A stretch of 64,000 nucleotides of DNA, taken from NCBI RefSeq assembly GCF_009914755.1, contig NC_060934.1; one strand, 5' to 3'. This document shows positions 1-15,099 of the stretch, one piece after another. Position 1 is the stretch's first letter. Each line of letters starts with the position of its first letter. The position numbers were made by a program, and so were the translations under genes. The DNA is from the human T2T-CHM13v2.0 reference genome, Homo sapiens. Under the pieces are notes generated by a model. The model ran no database searches. It had not been told where the DNA came from and was given only the letters and a program-made list of their open reading frames with translations.

Positions 1-439
1 TAATAAAGCATACAAAGGACAGGGCTGCAACAGGCAAGCCCTAGGCTAAGTTTTGTTCATGGTTTGTTGAGTTTTATGCTGAATAATATTAATGACTTGA
101 TATGATATCAATTAATGTCTTAACATGACAATTATAAAGTGATTATAATTAAATTCCCAAAATAAACTATATAAGCAAATAGAATATTAAACAACTAAGT
201 TGCATAATATATCAATAGAAACCTTGCATAAGGAATAATTAATCAAATTACACACCAAAAAATGTTAGACTTGTTAGAAAACCTTCACATTGTCCCTTTT
301 CACAGTAAGAAGGATGAGACCTCAGCCACTAAGCAGTGACTCTGTCCTACTTCCTTACCCAGTGCAAGCGTGCCTTAAGGTTTTGGTAGTTGTATGATAC
401 TACTGAATTCTGAGCCTCTTATGAATGTAGATTTTTTTC

Positions 440-660
440 TTAGTTATACCACTTATTAAGCAAGTACTATACTAAACACTTCAGATGCCTCGTGTCACTT
501 AATACTCTTAAGAACTCACTAAGAGGTATTATGTTCCCATTTTAGAGATGGAAAATTGAGTTTCACCGAGGTAAGGTAATTTGTCTGTATTCTAACAGCA
601 GAAGTGGTGGAGCCAGGATCTAAAACTCGGTCTCACTGATTTCAAAGCCTTCCTTTTTTT
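440..660 (-). mobile_element. MIR SINE fragment
   Basis: Diverged MIR core motifs (cccattttagagatggaaaattgag ... gaagtggtggagccaggatctaaa). Boundaries approximate. Confidence 0.65.
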
Positions 661-794
661 CCTACCACCTTCTATTTGCTTGATAGTCACCTTCTTCCCT
701 TATTTATTAGAGCTTCTCTTACTAAGCTTCTAGATTCTATGAGACAGACATAGTAGACTATCTAGGGCTTTCAATTGAATGGTTGACTCTAGAC

Positions 795-1056
795 AAGCAT
801 TGTTCAACAGATATATAATGAGAGATTCATATATAATTTAAAATTTTCTAGTGGCCACACTGAAAAAAGTAAAAAATAAGAGTTAATATGAATTTCCATA
901 TATTTTATTTAACTCAACAATCCAAACGTTATCATTTCAACATGTAATCAGTATAAACCTATTAATATAAGGCATATTACACTTACAGCATCCACAGAAC
1001 TAGCTCCATTTCAAATGCTCTATAGCCACTTGTGGATATTATATTGGTTAGTGTAG
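795..1056 (+). mobile_element. hAT-Charlie MITE, MER33-like
   Basis: Perfect 8-bp TSD CTCTAGAC at 787-794 and 1057-1064. Internal motif aattttctagtggccacac as in MER33/MER3. Confidence 0.8.
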
Positions 1057-1271
1057 CTCTAGACTAAACATTAAACAGGAAGTCTGATTATATTGCCCCT
1101 TATAAGTGAAGTCTTGGAGAAGGAGAGGGTAGGTGTGCGATGGAATAGGTTGTTCAAAAAGTCCGCCACTAAACATAAAAAATTAGCTGATTTTGCCTTT
1201 ATCTTAATTGACTGATTTGTCATTTATGCCATTCACAGGCATAAACTGCACAAAGCTCTGAGAATAGATAG

Positions 1272-1804
1272 TGTTAAAGTGAAAATGCACTTGACAAAGT
1301 TAAATAGGCAAGAAAAACTATCTAAGACTATTGCAATAGGGAAAGAGATTGATTTCTGCTCTGCTGAAACAAAGGTTGGAGTTTTTAAGAGCTGCAGTTG
1401 GAGGATCATAGGCTATCAGGGTTTGCTAATTAGCCTTACCCTAAAGAAAAGTTAATTACTCTTATCTTTATAGCAAGAGGTAGTTATTCAACTTTGAGCA
1501 AGACACCTAAGAAAGTGAGACTCCTTCCTCCCATAGAGACTGGAAGGTGTACCATCATCTTTAGGGATCACATTGCAAACGCATAACTCCTAGGTCTTTA
1601 ATAAAGATTTCCCCTGGGTCCTGTAACTGGCAAGAGTCTTTTAAGGCAATTCATATACAATTCAAAGGAGGTAGAGAAAGAATTTACAATGACAACTTTT
1701 CTAAATAAATACTCTAAGACAAGGGAAACAAAGGGGCTACAGTCAGGAGGATACCTGTTTAAAGTTTTGTTAAACCAGTGTGTCTTTTAAGGCTGTTTTG
1801 GTCA
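1272..1804 (-). mobile_element. ERV1 solo LTR, MER67-like (name tentative)
   Basis: TG...CA termini, near-TSD ATAG/ATAA. Minus strand starts TGACCAAAACAGCCTTAA. Confidence 0.6.
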
Positions 1805-2779
1805 ATAACTTTTCACACCCCCCTTTTACCCTCAATCCTGATGAACAAAAAACTTTCCTTCATCAAAGTCACATTTGCCAAAACTTCATAACTGTTTAAG
1901 TGCCCAAAAGGTATTCCTGAGGGCTTCATAGATTTAAGGTTTTTAAGTTTGTTTGTTTGTTTTAACAAGAAAATTTCTTTATCTTTCCATGTTGGTCATA
2001 AGGGAAGTCTGAAACAACAAAGAGCTTAGACAGTAAAAGAAACCCTGCAGTTTCTCTTTTCTCTCTCTGCCCTCAGATATCTATCAATAATCAAATTTGA
2101 GAGAAGAGAGATTGTGGGAGGTCCAGCCTAAATCAAAACCCACAAAAGCAATCAGAGAACACAGTAAGAAAAGCAAGAAGAGGAACGAGGCACTGAGGGG
2201 AGTGAGGAAAAGGAAAGATAATGAAGTGTAGTTTCCTTGTACCAAGGAGAACAGAAGAAAACTCCAGTAAACTTAAGTGCAGCATATCTGATAGCGTGCC
2301 CGGTGAAGGGTATGACTGTTGATCACTAATACACTGTATCATTGATGTTGAGGTGGAGTGCTATCAGGAAGAGAATTCAACTATCAAGAGAAAATTCCCT
2401 TCTTTATTGTTCCAGACGTTTGAGTCAACTGACATCAAAATATTCTTTTTCTATAACTTATGGGAATATATACTGTTCTGGGCAATTGAGAATACCCAAT
2501 TGAAAATTGGAGAGAAAAGATGAACAGCAAGACGATTGTTGATCATGGTAATAGGCAGAAAATATGAAGCTGCAAAGGATTAGTTGGAAGTATTTTCATC
2601 AAATTGAAATATCCTCTGGATCTATATCCATAAAGACTACTATAGTGAGAGAGAAAGAGACAGTAACATGACTAAGTTCTTTTGAATTTCTTTATGTAAG
2701 AGATGTCATGAGAAGGTAACTGCATGGGGTTTAGAAATTAGATGTCATTTCAAGCGGTTTTCATTCTTCAATAACAAGG

Positions 2780-3111
2780 TTTTTTTTTGTTTTGTTTTGT
2801 TGTTGTTGTTGTTGTTTTTTGAGACGGAGTCTCGCTCTGTCGCCCATGCTGGAGTGCAGTGGCGGGATCTCAGCTCACTGCAAGCTCCGCCTCCCGGGTT
2901 CACGCCATTCTCCTGCCTCAGCCTGCCTCCTGAGCAGCCGGGACCACAGGCGCCCGCCACCATGCCCTGCCCGGCCAACTTTTTGTATTTTTTAGTAGAG
3001 ACGGGGTTTCACTGTGTTAGCCAGGATGGTCTCGATCTCCTGACCTCGTTATCTGCCCGCTTCAGCCTCCCAGAGGGCTAGGATTACAGGAGTGAGCCAC
3101 CGCGCCCGGCC
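2780..3111 (-). mobile_element. AluY with (TTG)n-type tail
   Basis: AluY-diagnostic actgcaagctccgcctcccgggttcacgccattc and gatggtctcgatctcctgacctcg. CpG-rich. Degenerate TSD aagg/atttttt. Confidence 0.93.
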
Positions 3112-3586
3112 AAGATTTTTTACTTGTATGAAAGGAAACACATTAGTTATTGCAGGGGACAGACACTGACCCTGCAGGTTGGCTAACTACTCCGATTTCC
3201 TACATGTGATAAAATCACTCAGCAGTTACACCAACCTTGGATAGCTGATATTTGGATTTCATTTGATGTGGAAAACAATCTCCTGAAGGTTTAAGTCTGT
3301 ACAGTCAGAAATTTTGTTACTTGCAGCTAGAGACATTCCGCATTAATATAACTTCTAAGCCTACCGTACTTACAACTAAATGTCGGAGGCCATGGTGAAT
3401 TTCCTTTGCTTAAATTTAAAATAAAAATTAAGAGAGTTACTGATCAATTAATGAGTTTTCCATGTGCTTCAGGTAAAAATGAGGGAAGTATTCTACCTTC
3501 CTGTTCTCTTAGTTTTCCTGATGATTAGCCTGTCCACTCTCTATCATTCACCCACTCTTGAGGAAATAGAAATCATATAATTCCAT

Positions 3587-4052
3587 TGATGCAGGACAGA
3601 CGAACCCCAAAATTGGTGCTTAGACCAGAAGGGTTCTTGGCTTTGCCCAGGACAGAATTCAAGGGTAAGCCGGCAGTGTTAGACAGCAACTTTTATTGAA
3701 GTGGCAGTGTACAATAGCAGCAGAGGCTACCCCATAGGCAATGTGCCCAGAGTAGCAACTCAGAGGCAGTTCTGCAGTCATATTTATACTCACTTTTAAT
3801 TACATGCAAATTAAAAAGCAGATTATGCTGACATTTTTAGCAAAAGGCTAGTAATTTCTGGGTCAGTGGGTCATTGCCATAGAAAGGGGGATTAACTTGT
3901 AGGTTTTGCCATGGCCATGGTAAACCGACATGGCACACTGGTGGTGTGTCTTAATGCCAAGGTGCTCTCTCCTCTTCCTTATTTAAGCTAGTCCTAAATT
4001 TGGTCTAGTGTTCAAGCTCCATCTCCAGAATTCAGTCCTGCCTCCTACTTCA
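3587..4052 (-). mobile_element. 3' LTR of provirus (MER66-like)
   Basis: TG...CA termini. Minus-strand AATAAA at 3692-3697, TATA-like GTATAAAT near 3782-3789, octamer ATGCAAAT at 3804-3811. Homologous to 17738-18247. Confidence 0.92.
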
Positions 4053-4063
4053 TTCCCCTCTCA
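4053..4063 (-). other. Polypurine tract
   Basis: Minus strand reads GAGAGGGGAA immediately before the 3' LTR TG. Confidence 0.8.
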
Positions 4064-4194
4064 GAGATTAGAAGCTCCTTAATATAAAGGGGCTGTAGAA
4101 GGGTAGAGGTCCAACTTCTGTAACTCTTCCTGCTAATTTTATGGGCATAGACCATGCCTACCACTGAAGAGTAAATATTTCCGCCTACCTGATC

Positions 4195-5655
4195 TTAGGA
4201 TCCCAGAGACAGAATGCTTTCATTCTTCAGGTCAGAAAGTTGGAGGGGTTGGAAGCCTTTTGCCAACATTGTCTTCACCTGGAACTGTTGTAATCTAGAA
4301 GACACAAACTTTATTAAGAGGTTAAACAAACAAGGGCCAAAGATAAGTAATAACGAGATAGTTATTAAAAGCCCTAGGAGAGGTAAAAACCACATGAGAC
4401 TTGCGAAGGCACTTTTGATAGTCAACCAGATATAGTTGAGGTCAATGCCCTGGTTATATCTATGTAACAAGGTAGCTTGTGCACAGATATTTGAATGTTA
4501 ACCTCAATCTGTCAGAGTTGTTAATATATGTGCATCAATTTTATTAATAACTCACAGACTCTACCTCGTGTGGCTAGTAAATAATACAATGACAGTCTGT
4601 TATCGAGATCTACATTTGCCAAAGAGTCTAGGGACTCTCGAATTCTCTTTACTGCCTGACCTGTGTTGATGGCTAAGGATTCTTGGGGTTAAATCAAATT
4701 TTCAGGATTGATTCATGGTAAACAAAGCTGCCCAATGGTGCTGCTAGTTCTAGTGCCACCTCAATTCCTGTCAGAATTATTCCTAGGGTTCATTTACTTC
4801 TGGTATTTTGGGGTCTTATGAGGTTATACACTGTGACCCTTGGAGGGGTAAGGGTGGCTAATGTATATTCACCTGTGTTCCAAGGTTTTGATATACAAGA
4901 GAAAGGTACTATAAAAGAACAAGTGGCTCCCTGGGAATTCGGGCAGGTATGGAGTGTGAATTTTTCCCACTGATGGCCACAAATGAAAGCAAGGCTAGTT
5001 GGGGCACAAATAGAAGCCCTAAGGGGTGTGATATCTATCCTTTGATGCTAAGCTGGGTCTTTGGAGATATTCTTTCCTGTTCCAACGGGGATGGCTGAAT
5101 AACCTTTGTTTTCCAGAAGAGGGCAGTACTCCCACCTTCCCAGATTAGTCAGCTGTTTTTGTTTGTTTCTCTGTTTTTTTTCCTGTATGTTCTGATCTGG
5201 GTGAAGACACCATATATGGTTTCCTCACCCATAAAGGGGTCCTATTTATCTTGCTATGGTATTGGGAACTAGAGTTGGATCAAAGTATTGCAAGAAAACC
5301 TCCACTTTTGTGTCATTAACACAGCAGTGAGTTCAAAAGATAGAATGATTAGTGCACTGGAAATATAGATACCCAACTTTCCAGGTCCAGATAATAGTGG
5401 TGGTGGGGTTCTGACGGAATCCATTAAGTGGGGAAGAGTTTCATCTAGCAAGTAGGGGCCTGGGGAGATGTCCATGAGATTTTATGGATAAGCCAGAAGA
5501 TGGAACTATCTATCCTGGGGATGTTGATAAACCTATCAACCATGAAGATGATTCCCTGATGCTATATTTTTTGAAACACTTAAAATAGAGTTTTGTTTTC
5601 ATACATACTGGATCAGGATAATTGGGAAAGCAAACAGGATTAATAGTGATAGCAT
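4195..5655 (-). pseudogene. ERV-V-like envelope pseudogene
   Basis: Manual translation: signal peptide MLSLLILFAFPIILIQ from ATG 5655; NSILSVSKNIASGNHL; furin site RSK* (stop 4790-4792); fusion peptide LGIILTGI; ISD-like DNRLSLYYLLA; TM/tail ORF 4195-4470 WFLPLLG...FGPCLFNLLIKFVSSRLQQF. Multiple stops and frameshifts. Confidence 0.9.
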
Positions 5656-5909
5656 GGTGTCCAGATGGGCCGTAGAGTGACCTCTATACCCACGGACAAG
5701 AAAGATGTTTCCCAGGAGAAGGCAGATGCCGAAAGCAATAGAAAAGAAGTATTATAGCCAGGAAGGAAATAAAAATTAATGCTCCTGTTTCCATCCACAG
5801 CATCACACTATCACTTCTGACTGAGTGTTGATTCTTTTAAATATAAATCTTTCAAAGGTTCACAGTTGTAGATCATGGTATCCTCTCTTTGTACCTGTGA
5901 CTCTTGAGA

Positions 5910-6143
5910 CACAGATTTAATATTTGATAGGCGTACATAAGTAATTATTTCCTGACATTGTACAGTGGTGGGGGAATTTAACAATGCCTGATAGGGGTAT
6001 TTCCATTTTGGTTATAATTGATCCTCAGCAGATTCTTCTTGTTAGTAAGACTAAGTCTCCTGGTTGAACATGGGAGCTGTTCTTTTCCTTTGTGGGGAAG
6101 GGCAATATTTTATTTTCATCTTGAAGGACCTTTTGAAGCTGGC
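5910..6143 (-). pseudogene. Integrase C-terminal remnant (pol 3' end)
   Basis: Translates to QPGDLVLL... and PKWKYPYQALLNSPTTV, a decayed gammaretroviral GPY/F-type module. Confidence 0.7.
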
Positions 6144-6180
6144 CTAATTGACAAAGAAAAAGGGGAAGGTATAGTGAGGT
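6144..6180 (-). promoter_or_regulatory. Putative env splice acceptor
   Basis: Minus strand cctcactataccttcccctttttctttgtcaattAG|gcc: branch-like CTCAC, long pyrimidine tract, AG at 6145-6144, upstream of the env ATG. Confidence 0.6.
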
Positions 6181-6635
6181 ACGTCTAACCCCTCTGTTTC
6201 TCACTGTGGCCTGAATTAGGTTTTTGGGTTTCTTTGGGATTCTCTTTGGCCAAGAGGGAGGTGTCCATTAAGTCTGTTGGGGAGCTATAGATTTTAATTT
6301 TTTTGTTCAGATTCTCCCTTTTTTTTTTCAAGGTGTGCCAGAGCGAGTATTGATGGTCAAGGTTTTATTTTCTCTCATACTGATGCTGGGGTGGTGTGCT
6401 ACCTGCTCTAAATCCGTCATGTTCCTCAGAGGGACCCCCATGGCCAAGAGACTTGGAGCCAAAAGACTGACTTTATAGCCAATTAAACAGTCTAGAGCAG
6501 GTGGGAATGGAGGTGGGCAGGCACTTATTAGCCCTTAAAACCATTTTAAGCAATGAAAGAGTCCAAAATTAAAGCCAATATTAAAGTTACACCTGAAGAA
6601 AAACCAAGAGCATAGAATTAAGCTATATTGAACTA

Positions 6636-7539
6636 GGGAGGAGCCAAGACGGCCGAATAGGAACAGCTCCGGTCTACAGCTCCCAGCGTGAGCAACGCAG
6701 AAGACGGGTGATTTCTGCATTTCCATCTGAGGTACCCGGTTCATCTCACTAGGGAGTGCCAGACAGTGGGCGCAGGCCAGTGGGTGCGCGCACCGTGCGC
6801 GAGCTGAAGCAGGGCGAGGCATTGCCTCACCTGGGAAGTGCAAGGGGTCAGGGAGTTCCCTTTCCGAGTCAAAGAAAGGGGTGACGGACGCACCTGGAAA
6901 ATCGGGTCACTCCCACCCAAATATTGCGCTTTTCAGACCGGCTTAAAAAACGGCGCACCACGAGACTATATCCCACACCTGGCTTGGAGGGTCCTACGCC
7001 CACGGAATCTTGCTGATTGCTAGCGCAGCAGTCTGAGATCAAACTGCAAGGTGGCAGCGAGGCTGGGGGAGGGGTGCCCGCCATTGCCCAGGCTTGCTTA
7101 GGTAAACAAAGCAGCCGGAAAGCTCGAACTGGGTGGAGCCCACCACAGCTCAAGGAGGCCTGCCTGCCTCTGTAGGCTCCACCTCTGGGGGCAGGGCACA
7201 GACAAACAAAAAGACAGCAGTAACCTCTGCAGACTTAAATGTCCCTGTCTGACAGCTTTGAAGAGAGCAGTGGTTCTCCCAGCACGCAGCTGGAGATCTG
7301 AGAACAGGCAGACTGCCTCCTCAAGTGGGTCCCTGACCCCTGACCCCCGAGCAGCCTAACTGGGAGGCACCCCCCAGCAGGGGCACACTGACACCTCACA
7401 CGACAGGGTATTCCAACAGACCTGCAGCTGAGGGTCCTGTCTGTTAGAAGGAAAACTAACAAACAGAAAGGACATCCACACCGAAAACCCATCTGTACAT
7501 CACCATCATCAAAGACCAAAAGTAGATAAAACCACAAAG
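6636..7539. promoter_or_regulatory. L1 5'UTR with internal sense and antisense promoters
   Basis: CpG-rich canonical L1 5'UTR. Its length matches the short form lacking the 129-bp ZNF93-bound segment. YY1 motif mutated at 6650. Confidence 0.85.
6869..7084 (-). CDS. L1 ORF0, intact 71 aa
   Basis: ATG at 7084 gives MAGTPPPASLPPCSLISDCC...RFSRCVRHPFL*, matching primate L1 ORF0. Both internal splice donors present (CAG|GTGTGG at 6979/6978, CAG|GTGCGT at 6894/6893). Confidence 0.85.
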   Translation of the reverse strand: MAGTPPPASLPPCSLISDCCASNQQDSVGVGPSKPGVGYSLVVRRFLSRSEKRNIWVGVTRFSRCVRHPFL

Positions 7540-8556
7540 ATGGGGAAAAAACAGAACAGAAAAACTGGAAACTCTAAAACGCAGAGCGCCTCTCCTCCTC
7601 CAAAGGAACGCAGTTCCTCACCAGCAATGGAACAAAGCTGGATGGAGAATGATTTTGACGAGCTGAGAGAAGAAGGCTTCAGACGATCAAATTACTCTGA
7701 GCTACGGGAGGACATTCAAACCAAAGGCAAAGAAGTTGAAAACTTTGAAAAAAATTTAGAAGAATGTATAACTAGAATAACCAATACAGAGAAGTGCTTA
7801 AAGGAGCTGATGGAGCTGAAAACCAAGGCTCGAGAACTACGTGAAGAATGCAGAAGCCTCAGGAGCCGATGCGATCAACTGGAAGAAAGGGTATCAGCAA
7901 TGGAAGATGAAATGAATGAAATGAAGTGAGAAGGGAAGTTTAGAGAAAAAAGAATAAAAAGAAATGAGCAAAGCCTCCAAGAAATATGGGACTATGTGAA
8001 AAGACCAAATCTACATCTGATTGGTGTACCTGAAAGTGATGCGGAGAATGGAACCAAGTTGGAAAACACTCTGCAGGATATTATCCATGAGAACTTCCCC
8101 AATCTGACAAGGCAGGCCAACGTTCAGATTCAGGAAATACAGAGAACGCCACAAAGATACTCCTCGAGAAGAGCAACTCAAAGACACATAATTGTCAGAT
8201 TCACCAAAGTTGAAATGAAGGAAAAAATGTTAAGGGCAGCCAGAGAGAAAGGTTGGGTTACCCTCAAAGGGAAGCCCATCAGACTAACAGCGGATCTCTC
8301 GGCAGAAACCCTACAAGCCAGAAGAGAGTGGGGGCCAATATTCAACATTCTTAAAGAAAAGAATTTTCAACCCAGAATTTCATATCCAGCCAAACTAAGC
8401 TTCATAAGTGAAGGAGAAATAAAATACTTTACAGACAAGCAAATGCTGAGAGATTTTGTCACCACCAGGCCTGCCCTAAAAGAGCTCCTGAAGGAAGCGC
8501 TAAACATGGAAAGGAACAACTGGTACCAGCCACTGCAAAATCATGCCAAAATGTAA
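7540..8556 (+). pseudogene. L1 ORF1p, premature stop
   Basis: MGKKQNRKTG...NHAKM*. In-frame TGA at 7927-7929 where the consensus has Arg CGA. Confidence 0.95.
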
Positions 8557-8619
8557 AGACCATCGAGACTAGGAAGAAACTGCATCAACTAACGAGCAAA
8601 ATCACCAGCTAACATCATA

Positions 8620-12480
<3,861 letters not shown>

Positions 12481-12952
12481 ACAATGAGATCACATGGACA
12501 CAGGAAGGGGAATATCACACTCTGGGGACTGTGGTTGGGTGGGGGGAGGGGGGAGGGATAGCATTGGGAGATACACCTAATGCTAGATGATGAGTTAGTG
12601 GGTGCAGCGCACCAGCATGGCACATGTATACATATGTAACTAACCTGCACAATGTGTACATGTACCCTAAAACTTAAAGTATAATAAAAAAAAAAAAAAG
12701 AATTAAGCTATATTGGTGAAAAACACTGGTTCCACAGACCTCTAAGACACAATGTTTTAGCATCAGGCCATAACAGAATTGGGGAGAAAAACTCACAGGA
12801 GCTGATGAAAAACCTAAAGAAGAGAGACACGTGAATCTATGAAGCTTTTAAAAGAAATAGATTACAGAACTGAAAAGTAAAATTTCTGAGAAATTGGCAA
12901 ATTCATATCTTAAGAAAATTAGTTTTAACATGTAGAAAGTCTATTATAATCA

Positions 12953-13255
12953 TTTTCTTTTTAATTTTTTCAAATGGAGTCTCACTTTGTCACCCAGGCT
13001 GCAGTACAGTGGCATGATCTCGGCTCACTGCAACCTCTGCCTCCAAGGCTCCAGTGATTCTCCTGCCTCAGCCTCCTGAGTAGCTGGGATTACTGGCACC
13101 TGCCACCAAACCAGATTAAGTTTTGTATTTTTAGTAGAGACATGGATTCACCATGATGTTGGCCAGGCTGGTCTTGAACTCCTGACCTCAAGTGATCAGC
13201 CCACCACAGCCTCCCAAAGTGTTGAGATTACAGGCTTGAGCCACTGCACTTGGCC
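12953..13255 (-). mobile_element. Alu (AluS-type) nested in provirus
   Basis: Full dimeric Alu, reverse orientation, CpG-depleted. Confidence 0.9.
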
Positions 13256-13572
13256 ACAATTTCCTTTTAATTACAGCTAACAATCACACACAAAATTGCT
13301 TTCATAAATTCCCCTTTAGGAACCTTATCACAATTTAAACAGAGCATCTACAAGATACTTGGACTTTCTGGCTCTTCCTATACTACCCTTTTCTTAAATA
13401 ACCGGTCATTTTACTCTAGCACAAGAATTTACTATACAATATCCCTCTTCATACAAAATTACTCTTTCTTTATATCTTTCCTTGCCAAAAAATACATTTT
13501 CAATCTAAAACGTTTTTTATACCTTTTTCTCTACTCCTTGATTCTCTCATATTTTGAACCTCTCTCTCTCTC

Positions 13573-13814
<242 letters not shown>

Positions 13815-14421
13815 AATCAACAAGTCCTGGACTGCCTACCAGACACTGGCATTCTATAGATGAGAATCATTTCATAATTTTAAGGTTTTTAACTATACGA
13901 AAAGCTCACTATTTAAGCATTTATTCCTTTCAAATATATTTAATTTTTTAACTTTTAGTGGTTTTATCTAAACCACCTACAAGAAATAAAATACTATGCA
14001 AAGCTAGTCACCATTAAGTCATTTTAACCATTTTAAAGCCTGTGAACATTAGTGATTTACTTAAGTAAAAACCTTAAAGTTAAATTTTAGAAGACACAAC
14101 ATTCTCTTCAAACTAATAAGCTTAGACTAGTCTTGTTTAATTTTTGAATGCTCTCTTATTTATAAGCCAACCTGATAACATGCTGAACAACATACATCAC
14201 AATACCTGTGTATACACCTAAACAAACTCATCAAATAAAATAACCTATACAAGACAATTGGATTCAAGCTATTTACAAAGTTGGGACTCATCTACTAGGC
14301 CAAACTATGTTTGCCCTAGTAGGTATAGAAGACACGAAAAGGCAAGGAAGGGGATACCCTGGCATTAAACAAGGTAGAGAGAGGGAAAACCGTGTTGCTC
14401 AAAGGGAGACCTAGGAATCCC

Positions 14422-14784
14422 TGATATGGTCTGGCTGTGTCCCCCTGCAAATCTCATCTTGAATTTTGGCTCCCATAATGCCTATGTGTTGTGGGAGGAA
14501 CCCAATGGGAGATAAATGAATAATGAGGAGTGGTTTCCCCCATACTGTTCTCATGGTAGTGAATAAGTCTCATGAGATCTGATGGTTTTACAAAGGGTTT
14601 CCCCTTTCACTTGGCTCTCGTTCTCTCTTCTCTGCTGCCTTATAAGAAATGCCTTTTGCCTTCCACCATGATTGTGAGGCCTCCCCAGCCACGTGGAACT
14701 GTGAGTCCATTAAACCTCTTTGTCTTTATAAATTACCCAGTCTCGAGTATGTCTTTATCGGCAGCATGAAAACAGACTAATACA
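14422..14784 (+). mobile_element. THE1 (MaLR) solo LTR nested in provirus
   Basis: tgatatggtctggctgtgtcccc ... gaaaacagactaataca termini. 5-bp near-TSD ATCCC/GTCCC. Confidence 0.92.
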
Positions 14785-15099
14785 GTCCCCAAGCTGCTGG
14801 GAGCTCACCCAGCAGCCAAGACACTAAAGAAAAATGTTGATCCAGCTTCTTGTCTGCCACTGCAAGAAACTATCCATCAGGTAAAGGGTCCAAGACCCCC
14901 AGTAAACTTACTTAAGCAAGGCAGCTCTTTGGGGCTCGTGGAAGAAAATTGATGAGAAGCATCTTTTCTCTCTCACCAGAAACAGTTAGGACATTCTCAT
15001 TGTCAATGATCCTTTTGCTCATAGTAGGAGCAATAATTCTGGCCCAGGGGCCGGTGAGTTGGGGGCTCCTGTCTGGACATCCCAGATGCTGATCTCACA

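Noticed and set aside
2745-3081. ORFs over Alus (also 13715, 20872, 35446, 44903, 49921, 55758)
   Set aside because: These are standard Alu translation artefacts.
4195-4470. Functional syncytin-like gene from the 91-aa ORF
   Set aside because: It is only the TM tail, has no ATG at its start (TTG), and the upstream env is broken by stops.
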